DNA of 64,000 nt from Schmidtea nova (Eukaryota), in NCBI GenBank assembly GCA_044892505.1, contig CM097882.1, positions 216,008,001 through 216,072,000 on the forward strand, written 5' to 3'. The notes under the pieces are model-generated. The model did not search any database. It saw nothing but the letters and a program-made list of their open reading frames with translations, and had not been told where the DNA came from. Both the position numbers and the translations under genes were made by a program. This document shows positions 42,099 through 51,730 of this stretch, piece by piece (the stretch's first letter is position 1; every line of letters starts with the position of its first letter).

Positions 42099-45000
42099 TA
42101 ATCGGTCTCAAATACCCAATAAATGAAATTGGGAATTTTAAATTTAAATTGGTTAACTTATAAATGATACGATTTTAACAGCATTTTACATCTGTTTTTA
42201 TGTAGAGAAGGGCAAGGACTTCCGCTAAGTTTTTTTTAAAATTAGCTAAAATCTTCTTACAGGTTATAATTTAACGAGAAAACATAACTACCCGATTTTA
42301 ATATGAATATTATATACTGATCTCTTTATAAAGATTCAGACTATATTCGATATCAACAAATACCAGTCAGGTGCACAAGGAGAACTATCCTTTTCACTTT
42401 AAGTTTGATAATATTTGTTTATATCGATGTATTTTCAAATAACTTTTAAGTAAAATAGTACAAAATTCATGCAGCCAATTAATTACTAAATTAATTTTTT
42501 ACATATAATCCAATATTACAACTGTATACAATAAGATCAAACTTCAAAATCCAATAAAATTACAATGATAAAATGATGTACGCCCTTCGGAAGTAACTAA
42601 AATAAGCCTTCGTCACAAAATTGCAATAACTATAAACATAATCATTGAATTTTCTAACGGTATATTTAAATAGATTCAAGTTGACAGAAATTTGCGATAT
42701 AAATATACAAATTAAATAAAAATATTCGCTCTAATATTTTTTTTCGAAAACCAACTTTAAAAGTCACACGATGTAAAATCGACGTTGATTGGTCGTTTCC
42801 ATATTTGAATGACAATGAAGTGCATCGCTGTGTAAATGCTTTTTAATTTATTAAAAATCGATTTTAATTACAATTTCATCTTAAAGCAAAAGCCTATATT
42901 GTTATTTAGTAATTATCATTAAAAGCTTTTGTCTTCTTCACATTTGATTTTTAGCCTTTCAGGCTATAGATCAAAATGTTTCCAATTTAACAAAAATATT
43001 CGACAAGGATGGTGAGAAAACTAAATATTTTTAAGCGTTATTTACTGAAAATTTTTAAAATAACTAGTCACTTCTTATATTCAAGAGTCAAGTGTAATTA
43101 TTGCAATTTTATCACCAAATAAATGACTATAACTAAGATAATTTATTATAGCACTTCTCAACATTTTTCATTTACTTCCCAGAAATTTAAAAAATAAAAA
43201 TCCAAGTTTCTCTAAAAGATTTTAAGGCTTACTCCATAACGTAAATTTCAAAGTCAGTGACAAATCGCATGAAAGTATTGGTAGCATTACCCATTTTATG
43301 TCGATTTAGTCTTGATTGTACGTATTTATATTGAAAAATGATTTATCAGAAAATAAATTTTAATTAATAAATTCTGAAAAACGTCGCGAACCACTGAAGT
43401 AGATCCGTAATTTAAGAAGATTTGATTTAGAATATAGAGACCATTTTAATATATTATAAAAAGGCATAATTGATAAAATTAGGTCCACTTGAGATGTGAG
43501 TAAATATTATATTAGTTTGTATGATTTTGAGATGAAAAATATTCTTTACTAAATTTTGATTACACATAAAAGTGAATCTTCGTTTATTTTTTAAATTATC
43601 GATCAACATTTTGTTTTATTTCTAACACGAATTTTTAGTGTTTTGAAAAGTCTATGATGAATATTAAATATAAAACAAAATATTCATTAGTAATCTAAAA
43701 ATAAATTAAGAAAAAGTAAATTGAAAAAAAAGACTTAATGATGAAAAATAAAAGATTGTTAATAGTGAAGTTAAATACGATATACAGGTCAAATCTCGAT
43801 GTAACGAATACCGAAGTAACGAAATTTCCAGTATAACAAATCTATAATTTGTCCCCGACGAACTTCCATACAATATTGTATAGTACTCACTATAACAAAT
43901 TTTCAGTATAAGGAAACAAGTTACTCAGTCCCGTGAGCTTCGTTACAACGAGATTTGACCTATATTTAGTTTTTAAAATACAGCAATTCCTCAAAAAATT
44001 TTGTGGTTAGACAATTACTACTAAAATTACAGACTGCGGTAAAAGATTTTAGATTTGCTCTGTCGCAAGTGCTTTGAACCTCATGGTGACCAATTAACAC
44101 ATTCAGTGGCACATGCGAGTTAACTCATACTCCATTAAGCGCTAAATCCAGACTATATCACATTCTGTTACATTTTACATTGTTTATTTACTTAATTATA
44201 ACAAATAATTAAAGTTTCCAGAACATTCGGTTTGTTTTCGTGAAGTTCTTTAACCCTTTTCTAACAGTGGTACATGGAGTCTAATATCTCACTTCATTGA
44301 CAGTGAATGCTGATAATTTAAAAACAAGTTTAAACTGAAAAAAATGAATAAAATTGAAATTCATCACAAATTGCTATATGAAAAACTTACAAATCAACTT
44401 CGCTAAAAATAATATGGAAAGTTTAAAATGTCAATGAAGTTTTTCAGCAGCTATAGTTCCATATGATTAAACTACCCTAAAATCATGTGTATAACACGCA
44501 CTTCAAAAAATATGTTTTAATTTCTAAGAGAAAAATATATGATTGAAGACTATCACAAATTCACTAGTGGTGATAAAATTCGGAAAGCATCATTTTCTCT
44601 AATTTGTGAATGTATTGTTGAAGCTTGGTCTTTACTAACAACAAGTTGCGTTAAAAATAGCTTTGTAAAGCAAAATTATAAGCAATGACGACGAAATAAT
44701 TGAAAGCTCTACTGTGCTGGAATTTTACCAAAGCCATTGGGTGTGCGACCAATGGTTATGGAGTTTTGATTTTGCTGACTGTTTTTGATTGGCCTGTGCT
44801 TTGAATCTGTGTGTCATTATTTTTCTGGTTTTGTGAATAAGTGACATGTGGATTAAATGATTTATATTCCTTAAATTTTGAAACTTTGAATTGGCATTTT
44901 GCTTTCTCGAGTTTTGAATTGGATTTTTTCGAATAAAGATTAATTCGTTTTCGAATTCTTTTTCTTTTATTCGATCTATTTATTTTGATGTCATTAAACG

Positions 45001-47411
45001 ATTCTTCAATTATCCAAGGAGCTTCAATGAAATTCAATGAATAATTCACAACATCCAATTATTTATCCATCGTTGTAAATAATGAAATAGATATATTATA
45101 ATTTATTTTTTTCTGCTGTAACTCAATTAAAGAATATAATAGACAAAGAATTACAACGAAGCATCCAATTTACCGATAAAGATAAACACATTATTAGGAC
45201 TCAAATCGTGAATTCTCTTGTTGATTCCGACTTAAAAATGTCCAAATTTAACAATCTTTTAGTTGATACTATTCCAAAAATCTAAAATAGTTTTCTCCTA
45301 TTAAAGCTATTTCTATTCCTTTAATAATTCATGGCGAGAACGTAGTGGCTAGAGCAAACAACGGGGCTGGCAAAACAGTTTTGGTTCCTACAAGAGAGTT
45401 TGCTTTACAGACATCAAATAAATGCATTAAGCTTGCTAAATATTTACTATGTATTAATATAATGGTGTCCAAGTGGAGGTACCGAAGTAACAGATGATAT
45501 TTGTCGACTAAACAACTTTGCACAGTACGTTCAATTGTTAATGGCAGCTCTTAGTGGGGCGCTATTTCATAAGCAACAATCAAATTAAAGCTGAAAATTG
45601 CGAATTTTGAATGAGCCGAAGACAAAAATATAAATGTAAAAATCTCGGAAGATCAGCTTTCTCAATCTTTTCGTGTATTTTTAGATTTTCTTGATATTGA
45701 AACTGAAGAAAATGTTCATTGAAAATTAAATACATGTTTAGGGAATATTTGTATTAATTTTGACTGTATTTTTGAAATTTATTATACCCACCCGTAGACA
45801 GATTTTTCATAGAAAAGTAACTTTTTCCTGTATTATATTTTTTCACGTGTTATACACGGGGTATTAGATAAACAAATGTTTCAAAATAGCGTGTCGAGTG
45901 TGAATTTATGTTAATTCGTTGAGAAAAAAACCGACGACGAAACAATTTACAGCGAGTATAAATAGAGATTTATTTTTGGAATCTTTGTTTGATGAAGCAA
46001 ATCCAGAAAATATTTGTCTGGATATTCCATGCAAAATTTACAACATATCATACAAACTGCGATTGGCCGTACTCGTATTCAGAGTACATGCAACGCTTTT
46101 TTCCGGATCACATCTATATTTAAAATTCATATTTTCAATAGACAAATAAATTATAAAATTTAAATAATGAGAGTAGATTAATTAAAAATTGTTATTTTTT
46201 TATAAATGATAATCAGTGGAATTATTAATCTGATTTTATTTATTCAATATCGATCGACAACGTTTTAATGTGTTCAAAATATCGCAGTTATATTTAATTA
46301 AATTTATTGATGTTATGTTATTGGATGAAAAGATAAATAAATATCATCAACGTCTTTATTTTGGTCACTTTTAGGCTTATTTAATTTCAGATCTTAAAAA
46401 ATGAAAATATCTAAATAAAAATAATCACAAAATAATAAGCACAGTCTTTATCACATGTTGATTTTTAATTTATTAAATTGAATATTAATATATCAATTAA
46501 ACTAAGAATTACATTTAATTAATAATTAAATTAATAATTAAATTACATTAATTAATTAATTAAAAGTTAATTAATTCAATCTAAATTACCTAAAGATTCC
46601 TTGAAGCTGGCTTGCAGCTGCAAAGGTTCCAAATGAGTCATAATTGACTGGGCTGTTTGTGCGGGAAATGTGTAACTATACTCTTTATTTCCATCTCGAT
46701 TTGATAGACGCTTTAAGAAATACGATAGAAAAAAATCAATTCAAAAGAATTAGAGTGAGTTTTTATTCAAACCTTTTCCAGTTCGAGAATTTTTGCTGAA
46801 TCTAATGACCAAGATTTGGTGTTATTGAAAACATTTGATAAGCCCAAAGACGAAGCCAAAGAATAAACAGGCTTGCAGCATTCGGGACAACTTTGTGTCA
46901 TTGTTACATTTGTCGATTTAACTGAATCGAACTTGATTTGTGATGGAGCTTGTTTGATTTCCAAAGGATTTTGAGTCATAACTGTGTTTAGTAATTGTTT
47001 CATACATTGACATAGATTGGGATCTTCTTGCAGCTTCTGAAGAAGTTGCTGTTGGAAAATTACAGTTTGAATAATCGAATGGCTCGAAAGTGAATCATTA
47101 TCCAATGGAATTATTTCTTTGTCTTTCAATAAAATCTGATTGAAATAATTTGGATCCTCTCGACAATCTGAAACAATGATATTATTGCCACTACATGTTC
47201 CAGTTCTTCTCAACGATTCAACTCGATTTCTTCTTTCGGCATTTTTGGAAACATTTTCAAGTGCTGTTAGGTTTATATCTTCATTGCTGAAAGTAATTGA
47301 TTATGTCGCCTATCAAGGAGTAAAATTTAACCTGTCACTCCATTTGGAAGAAAATGTGGATGACATGAAAGCATTTGGTGCATCATAAAATTCATCTTCA
47401 TCAGAACTCAT
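3517..47411 (-). CDS. WDR44: WD repeat-containing protein 44 (Rab11-binding protein), 18 exons, about 906 aa
   Basis: Exons: 47411-47332, 47286-46773, 46710-46590, 40683-40571, 34019-33790, 31083-30997, 30952-30891, 24933-24869, 24805-24725, 24632-24588, 21847-21763, 21718-21591, 12564-12313, 8524-8267, 8215-8117, 8071-7956, 3948-3812, 3764-3517. All introns GT-AG, phases consistent, 2721 nt in total. Motifs: MSSDEDEFYDAP, ELPPEMNPIEVQFRERTK, EHTGAIWAMRFSPCGKLLATAGYD, WHISRRECLC, HPKDDRYFLSGSLDGKLRLWNIPDKK, SGSENSFFYIW. Exon 4 (40683-40571) is supported only by splice signals and phase. Confidence 0.93.
4690..5370 (+). mobile_element. Tc1/mariner superfamily (maT/DD37D-like) transposase remnant
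   Basis: Broken frames read LNTQNDRIY, WQQEGARHLTA, NWPPKSPDLNVMDYCV and GQHFEHL*. Confidence 0.8.
5480..5790 (+). mobile_element. Mutator-like (MULE) transposase N-terminal remnant
   Basis: Reads WPKYYTNKTDEGQRIYFRCKKVKHRGSH*SAK..YYHAD, resembling the Zn-binding N-terminus of invertebrate MULE transposases. Confidence 0.5.
5966..6153. mobile_element. Palindromic (foldback) MITE, family P, copy 1
   Basis: Near-perfect hairpin TATTATTATCAATAATTCTCATAATGATGACTATAGATC...CACAGCCTTTATCAA / inverse, flanked by TTTTTCACCTTTGATCTTTT. Confidence 0.85.
7414..7636. mobile_element. piggyBac-type MITE
   Basis: TIR CCCTTAAATGCAT / ATGCATTTAAGGG with TTAA on both sides (7410-7413, 7637-7640). Confidence 0.85.
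8900..9200 (-). mobile_element. mariner transposase remnant
   Basis: Minus strand reads MKVLLCLLDSS/CWTQAGIAHYKFLEKGQTITA...QKQPSLINRRKMLFIQDN across frameshifts. Confidence 0.7.
9484..9688. mobile_element. piggyBac-type MITE
   Basis: TTAA-CCCTTT ... AAAGGG-TTAA termini. Confidence 0.75.
10281..10650. mobile_element. hAT-type MITE containing an (AT)n tract
   Basis: TIR CAGTGTTTCCCAACC / GGTTGGGAAACGCTG. 8-bp TSD ACTTACAT / ACTTACAG (7/8). Confidence 0.85.
10785..11716. repeat. 14-15-bp minisatellite (TAGTGGAATTGTGY[Y]) with a short inverted arm and a TTAGGG core
   Basis: About 4 inverted units at 10785-10851, GGGTTAGGGTTAGGATTAGGGGGTTAGGGTT at about 10858-10889, then about 800 bp of direct units to 11716. 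Confidence 0.9.
12780..13145 (+). mobile_element. piggyBac transposase C-terminal remnant (PGBD3-like)
   Basis: Reads TIRDNRFSKCPL, FDFRTD, IHQPKIVKAYNEHMRG and FFTYLIDVTVNDAW. Confidence 0.8.
15901..18495. repeat. Tandem array, 4 x 649 bp, near-identical units (WDR44 intron 12)
   Basis: The same ORF recurs at 16285, 16934, 17583 and 18232 (period 649). The one substitution I noticed is GTAACA>GCAACA near 17686. Each unit contains TACCGTAAATTCCGGACTATAAG, resembling a pogo/Tc2-type TIR. Confidence 0.95.
18830..20086 (+). mobile_element. hAT transposase remnant interrupted by a second hAT element
   Basis: LAHLIHNC... upstream and CPPTSIVVERKFSILKKIL (hAT dimerisation-domain motif) downstream of the 19182-19751 insertion. 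Confidence 0.7.
19182..19751 (-). mobile_element. Internally deleted Buster/Charlie-type hAT element
   Basis: TIR CAATGTTTCTCAACC / GTTGAGAAACACTG. TSD ATCTAGAA / ATTTAGAA. The minus strand keeps AFPTT*LVEAGFS...RGDLRLRL...HQYQGSH*. Confidence 0.88.
23370..23556. mobile_element. Palindromic MITE, family P, copy 2 (diverged)
   Basis: Same CACAGCCTTTATCAAG/CTTGATAAAGGCTGTG hairpin, followed by AAAAGATCAAAAGTGAAA. Confidence 0.75.
25500..26150 (-). mobile_element. Heavily decayed TE remnants (mariner-like 25500-25780; LINE 3' end-like 25780-26150)
   Basis: Minus strand reads FLMHDNS and LLQHPCSPYLNL (mariner HDNA and HPPYSPDL motifs), and RVWVNA*DDRIAVAKSIVS (CR1/L2-like C-terminus). Very degraded. 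Confidence 0.4.
29280..30563 (-). mobile_element. Full-length defective mariner element (DD34D; cecropia/Hsmar1-like)
   Basis: About 1.28 kb. TIRs TTGTCCGGAATGAAATGCCCGA / TCGGACATTTCATTCCGGACAA. Transposase pieces AQRNINNAFGSDTVNER, WWSMYGVIY, LHDNARPH and HPPYSPDLSPIDFHLF, with frameshifts. Confidence 0.93.
30564..30631. repeat. (AT)n microsatellite (others at about 10403, 27312, 34430, 40108, 41867, 42054)
   Basis: Direct reading. This tract directly abuts the mariner TIR (TA target). Confidence 0.95.
35130..35565 (-). pseudogene. Polinton/Maverick A32/FtsK-like packaging ATPase, copy 1
   Basis: Walker A YQIVGPIGSGKTLFV, Walker B VVIIDDL, then FTKLSRH..IIFITQNLFHQ..HRTRNLNVHY. Contains stops and frameshifts. 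Confidence 0.88.
36385..36680 (-). pseudogene. Polinton protein-primed DNA polymerase B, C-terminal fragment
   Basis: GDTDSFFMEV, LLDTWIYDPNHTLYS*, VIGKFKDE and FLRPKCYS. Confidence 0.88.
36700..36974 (-). CDS. Small Cys-rich ORF of the Polinton cluster (about 90 aa, function unknown)
   Basis: MVHKIYQ...KCVENCVVCKESMRISCTNGCACCHDSKRQQSLH. It forms part of the 214-aa ORF in the track, which runs in frame into the pPolB fragment. Confidence 0.45.
37163..37600 (-). pseudogene. TBP-like (two-repeat TATA-binding-protein fold) gene within the Polinton cluster
   Basis: Repeat 1: MLSNINY...PIIFLRSGKFRVMGCK. Repeat 2: IQSITVTVNVG..NLYEL..FEPKIFPALRLQKFDPVCVNLFGSEKVVMLGIK, matching TBP YEPELFPGL..LIFVSGKVVLTGAK. 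Disrupted by indels/stops and a 10-bp tandem duplication (CATTGACCGT). Confidence 0.72.
37666..37985 (+). pseudogene. Polinton packaging ATPase, copy 2 (3'-truncated)
   Basis: FQIVGPSGSGKNLFV, then after a stop GDVIIIDDLY...FNNLFTKIRRHLGVT. Confidence 0.88.
37986..38920 (+). pseudogene. Polinton retroviral-like DDE integrase with a 51-nt intron (38313-38363)
   Basis: LWQMDL, YKYILTCIDVF, LQTDLG|KEFYN (spliced), AVVERFNRILRDKL, VGDHVRISK, GKFYGEKLQ, FRIQKILK. Stops and frameshifts in the 3' half. Confidence 0.9.
38925..39266 (-). pseudogene. PSMD1: 26S proteasome regulatory subunit Rpn2/PSMD1 N-terminal fragment, intronless
   Basis: MSL(N)SASSILSFL..QVRLFALKK...FRYKLAALLASKVYYHLTEFRESLNYALSAEELF..ENVETINAKCIDEY matches Rpn2 AALVASKVFYHL..SLNYAL..VETIIAKCID. 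Frameshifted. Confidence 0.88.
39883..40075. mobile_element. Palindromic MITE, family P, copy 3
   Basis: Same hairpin, followed by AAAAGATCAAAGGTGAAAAAAGATAATTATGATAAT and an (AT)n tract. Confidence 0.85.
41922..42018. mobile_element. Palindromic MITE, family P, internally deleted copy 4
   Basis: Only the outer arms remain (...GACTATAGATCAAAA-TTTTGATCTATAGTC...). Same right flank, between two (AT)n tracts. Confidence 0.8.
43785..43962. mobile_element. Tigger/pogo-type MITE
   Basis: TIR CAGGTCAAATCTCGATGTAACGAA / TTCGTTACAACGAGATTTGACCTA with TA flanks. Confidence 0.82.
44520..44700 (+). mobile_element. pogo-like transposase C-terminal remnant
   Basis: HKFTSGDKIRKASFSLICECIVEAWSLLTTSCVKNSFVK. 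Confidence 0.6.
45303..45520 (+). pseudogene. DDX6: DEAD-box helicase DDX6/Me31B-like fragment with internal deletion
   Basis: SIPLIIHGENVVARANNGAGKT fused directly to VLVPTREFALQTS...(frameshift)GGTEVTDDICRL. DDX6-type motifs are ARAKNGTGK, VPTRELALQ and GGTNLRDDIMRL. Confidence 0.75.
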
Positions 47412-47869
47412 GATCAGGAGGCAGCTTATTTTAAATAAAACTTATTATTATATATCTAACATTTAATTCGAATATTTTTTGAAAATAATTCAAATTTTAA
47501 TTTGCACCTGGTAAATTGTATAAAATTCAGATATTAAAACAACTGCGTAAGTTGAATGAATACAAAAGGTTTTATTGTTAAGCAATAAATTATTAATTTT
47601 TTAGAGATAGAGAAATAAAAATAAAATAAGCCTAAAATGATATACACATTATTCAATTAATCGTTATAAAAAGTGTTATGTTATTTTTATTATATTTCTA
47701 AATAAAATTTATGAAAAATAGGATGAATATTTTTAAAAAATTATCAAATTAATGTTGTAGTATAGATTGTTAAAAAATTATTGCCATTATAATCATCATA
47801 ACCGATAAATCACTCATGTTTCCATTGAAAGTCTAGAAAATATATTGGTAATGTTGGGTTGTTCACCGT

Positions 47870-48245
47870 CAATAAACCTTGATGGTTGACCCAGGCCAGT
47901 TACGATTGATTTGCATAGTGTTGAGAAACGAAAGAATTAATACGATTATAGGATTCCATGATTTTCTGTGATTTTCCAATTTCAGAAATTTATCGGCAAC
48001 ATTAAGACAATGTTCCAACGCCAACACGATTTTTCCGGCATAGAACCGAGCGGTGCTATCTAGAAGATATAAATGACTCCTCAACTGGTAATTGGCGACG
48101 ATCTTTTCTTTAGTTAATAGTTTCATCGAATAAAACTTTTTCTCGTTCGACACATAATTTACCAAATAAGCCTTTGCAAATGCTCCACTGCCGAGACATA
48201 GATAAAAAAGGGAATATTTTATTGCTAATGATTTCAAATCCATTA
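47870..48245 (-). pseudogene. AGC/PKA-like protein kinase catalytic fragment with internal deletion
   Basis: LGSGAFAKAYLV..FYSMKLLTKEKIV (subdomains I-II) joined to STARFYAGKIVLALEH (subdomain VIa). No HRD or DFG motif. Confidence 0.75.
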
Positions 48246-48694
48246 TAATTTTATTTTCCAAAAATCACAACAAAGCAAAAATCAAATTGACCAGTTTTAA
48301 ATCAAGTTCCAAAAATTCGATAATTTCAATAAATTAAGCAACTTTTAAAAAACTTCACCAGAAAACTCCATAAAAATATCGCAGTCAAACAACAACTGTC
48401 CCAAAGCCTTTTTTTAAATTTTAATTTAAATCAAAAAACTCCGCTAAAAAACCAATTAAAAAATCAGCCCAGCAAAACAACTGTTTAGGCAAATGTTTTT
48501 AATAATACTCCAATAATTCGATTAATTTTTAACTCCAAAGTTATTTCTTTCGACAGCGATTCGAAGATCCTCGCGTCTGTGTGCGCATACCTACCACAAC
48601 ACCAACATTTCTGTCGCGCACACAGACTGGATGCAGTTTGCCTTTGTGGAGTTGTAAAAAGCTTTTTGGCGCCATTGCGTACAGAGATTTTAAT

Positions 48695-49155
48695 TTATAA
48701 TCGATGTTCCAAATTTTGTAATAAAGTTTCTTTTTGGATTGCTTTTGGATCTTGAGTTTGAACATTTTCAAATTGTTTCAAAACCAAAATTCTATCATCA
48801 AGATCATCAATTTTCACCTTGTAGTCAGTGATTTCTGCATTTAGATATTTAATTAGATTTAAGCTCTTCTTTTCATCAACAAGCACGGTAGAGGAATTGT
48901 TTTCTGGCACCAGAATTTTCTGAATACCAGCTTTATTTTTGTAGCAGACATTTTGTTTGGTTCGGTTTTAATTTTGTTTATTCTCTAAGATTTTAATCAC
49001 TTCTTCTGGAGTTTTATTTGGGTGAATATTATATTTTTCCCTTATTTCGACTAAAGTTGCCATATAAGATTTATATAGATTTCGATAAGACCGTCTAATG
49101 GCTTCAGGTTCCAGGCTCGCCCACCACCCCTCACACCAATCAAGATCCGCTGTTA
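48695..49155 (-). other. Unassigned ORF remnants in GC-elevated, element-like DNA
   Basis: Two consecutive frames: DLDWCEGWWASLEPEAIRRSY...ENKQN* and MSATKNK...LIKYLNAEITDYKVKIDDLDDRILVLK. No recognisable family. Confidence 0.3.
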
Positions 49156-49960
49156 ATTATTTAATTTTTTTTTAATTTTTTTAAAAATATTTTATTAAGA
49201 AGGCGCGACCACTTGAAGTTACTGTGGCTCCTATCAGTATACAAAACATTAGTTTAACTATTTTGTTGTCCATCACTATGTAACGTTGGTAATGCAGCAA
49301 ATGGTTGGATCTCCGCAAACAGCGAGCGTCGAAATATTCGAAACTGTGATTGACCGGACATCACAGTGGGTTCAAGGGCTACCGACCGAAGGTTTAATGT
49401 CTAATTTTGTCCCAAATTTAGCAATAAATATCAAAAGAATTTATTTTTACATCAACATGGGTTTTTCCGAACATTGAAACACTAACTATACAAATTCATG
49501 TAAGGATCCATTTCAAATAAATGTAGCATAACAATAAGCACAACAAAATTATTAAAATCATATGTCACCACCGTATCAGAGTATTCAGTTTAATAATATT
49601 GTCCATTGGATACAAAGAATTTAATATATTAATATAAGAATTAATATAAGAATTTAAAATAAGAATTTAATATAAGAATTTAAAATTGATTTATTTAATT
49701 TGTGATTAGTTATCGTTTTACATATTTACGCGCATTGATTTTTACATTAAAACAAAACGAAAATATAAAATATAGTAACTACAAGAGTTACTTACATTCG
49801 GGTCATGCAAAATTTAATCGTAGTTTTACTTCACGAGCCCCTCGGTCAGATCGGGTGTTAAATCAATCGATTAGCGGCGTTAACAACGAATATTACTCTA
49901 ATTGTAGTCATTAAAACAGTTATTAAAACAATTATTATTGTAGTCATTTAAAACAGTTAT

Positions 49961-50318
49961 TGATCTTTTTTTATTATTACCAATAATTGTATTATCAATA
50001 ATTCTCATAATGATGACTATAGATCAAAATATTTTTATAAACAATAACACAATATTTCGGCACAGCTTTTATCAAGTGTGTATTAAAACAATTTTGATCT
50101 ATAGTCATCATTATGAGAATTATTGATAATAATAATTTTAAAGGTATTATTATCAATAATTCTCATAATGATGACTATAGATCAAAATTGTTTTAATACA
50201 CACTTGATAAAAGCTGTGCCGAAATATTGTGTTATTGTTTATAAAAATATTTTGATCTATAGTCATCATTATGAGAATTATTGATAATACAATTATTGGT
50301 AATAATAAAAAAAGATCA
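49961..50318. repeat. 358-bp near-perfect palindrome made of two head-to-head family-P MITE derivatives
   Basis: Arms symmetric about 50139/50140 with a roughly 10-nt spacer. Each arm carries its own GACTATAGATC inverted repeat. Confidence 0.9.
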
Positions 50319-50789
50319 AAGGTGAAAAAAGATAATTATGATAATTTTAAAGGTCATGTGAAAAAAGAAGGTCGGCACTGCCGGCAAACAAACCTCACAT
50401 GGATCCAAAAAAACATCAAAAAGTTTGGAACTCAATCACATGCCAAATACGACTGTCAATTCAGTTGAACGGTTAATATAATTATCATTTATCTAATCAA
50501 TTTTAATTTTAGAAAATTTCGAAGAGAAATGCGTAGGAATCCGGCGTTGTCAGGGCTGCAAGAAAGTCATTGTTGGAGGTGTCCATACTGATGATATTAA
50601 AATTGATCGTTTGTGATTTTGTATTATCTATTAAAGATTTTTAATTCATATTTTACTTTTTTGTTTGACGGAGAGTATGTTGCAGTTTGGTGTTTATTCA
50701 TAGATTAAAAAATTCAATTTAATTTGCGGGGGTGGTAAATTTGGGCCAGGGTGGATTTCCTTAGGTGCTATGATCGAAATAAGGGCAGT

Positions 50790-51105
50790 TTAGTTGTACA
50801 GTTTGGCCAAAGTTTGGGGTAACTTGAAGATAAACGTAACTGGATGGATTACTACCTTTAATTCCTGGACGTGCAAACACCGGTTCAGCTCAATCTTAGT
50901 GGCTGCAAATTCTAGTGATTGTTCGTCTAGCGCACGCTGAGTTCGATCTTTGTTTTTCATCATCTCTTTCACTACACTCGGATGAAACCAGGTGCATTTC
51001 ATCTCCTCCAGAAGTTTGTCGATTAATCGTCCCTTCAAGCAATCTTATTCGTCTGAGTAATTGGCTCTTTTTATCGGAAGAAATGTTTTTACGGAGGATT
51101 TTCAT
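50790..51105 (-). pseudogene. Unassigned cassette gene B, copy 2 (frameshifted)
   Basis: MKILRKNIS... shifts frame into TWFHPSVVKEMM...ATKIELNRCLH..IHPVT. Homologous to 2132-2515. Confidence 0.55.
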
Positions 51106-51388
51106 TCTACAACCAAGTTATGTTTATAAGTTATATTCGATATGAAAGTCATCAAGACATCTTATTCGGTTTTTCCTTTGGTAAGCACGCTCTACGATAT
51201 TAATATTACGCCACTTCACTTCATTCACTTTAACCTATGATTAGACAATTTCACCCACCACCATCAACACTATCGTCATACATTCAACAGCAACCATACG
51301 AGTTAACGATCAAAGACCTTGTTATACTAAACCAATTCTATTCAAATCAACTACGCACTAAACAATATAACACATCCTTTTCACAAAA

Positions 51389-51730
51389 TCACGCTGTCAG
51401 TTGTTCGGCTTTCTCTGATTCCGGGATCCAATCTTGGACGAAGTCACTATCCTCTTGCAGGGTTTTTTCCTCTCGATAAAACACCATGTTGGGTTTCCAA
51501 CATAACTTTTCTCGGTATAAGAATACCTCATACCATTTGATATGGCTTGCCCACGGAGACTTTGTCTGCCAGGCATCCAAGAATTCACAAGGTAGGTTCG
51601 TGTACCCTATTTGCTCACCTGTACGTAGATTTCGAGGCCTATCAAGGATGATGTATCCCAGCTGCTGTATTTCTCGGACATCGAGTGGCTGTAACAGGAT
51701 TCTCTCAAACGATTTAAGCAAAGTTTTCAC
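51389..51730 (-). CDS. Unassigned cassette gene A, copy 2 (113-aa ORF)
   Basis: Open frame with a non-ATG start in the track. Preceded on the minus strand by TATATATACCGCCATC (about 51816-51832), a TATA plus GCCAT-type motif. Confidence 0.45.
   Translation of the reverse strand: MKTLLKSFERILLQPLDVREIQQLGYIILDRPRNLRTGEQIGYTNLPCEFLDAWQTKSPWASHIKWYEVFLYREKLCWKPNMVFYREEKTLQEDSDFVQDWIPESEKAEQLTA

Noticed and set aside
44756-45058. 100-aa Lys-rich ORF
   Set aside because: Low-complexity composition, no motif, non-ATG start, and not needed for the WDR44 model.
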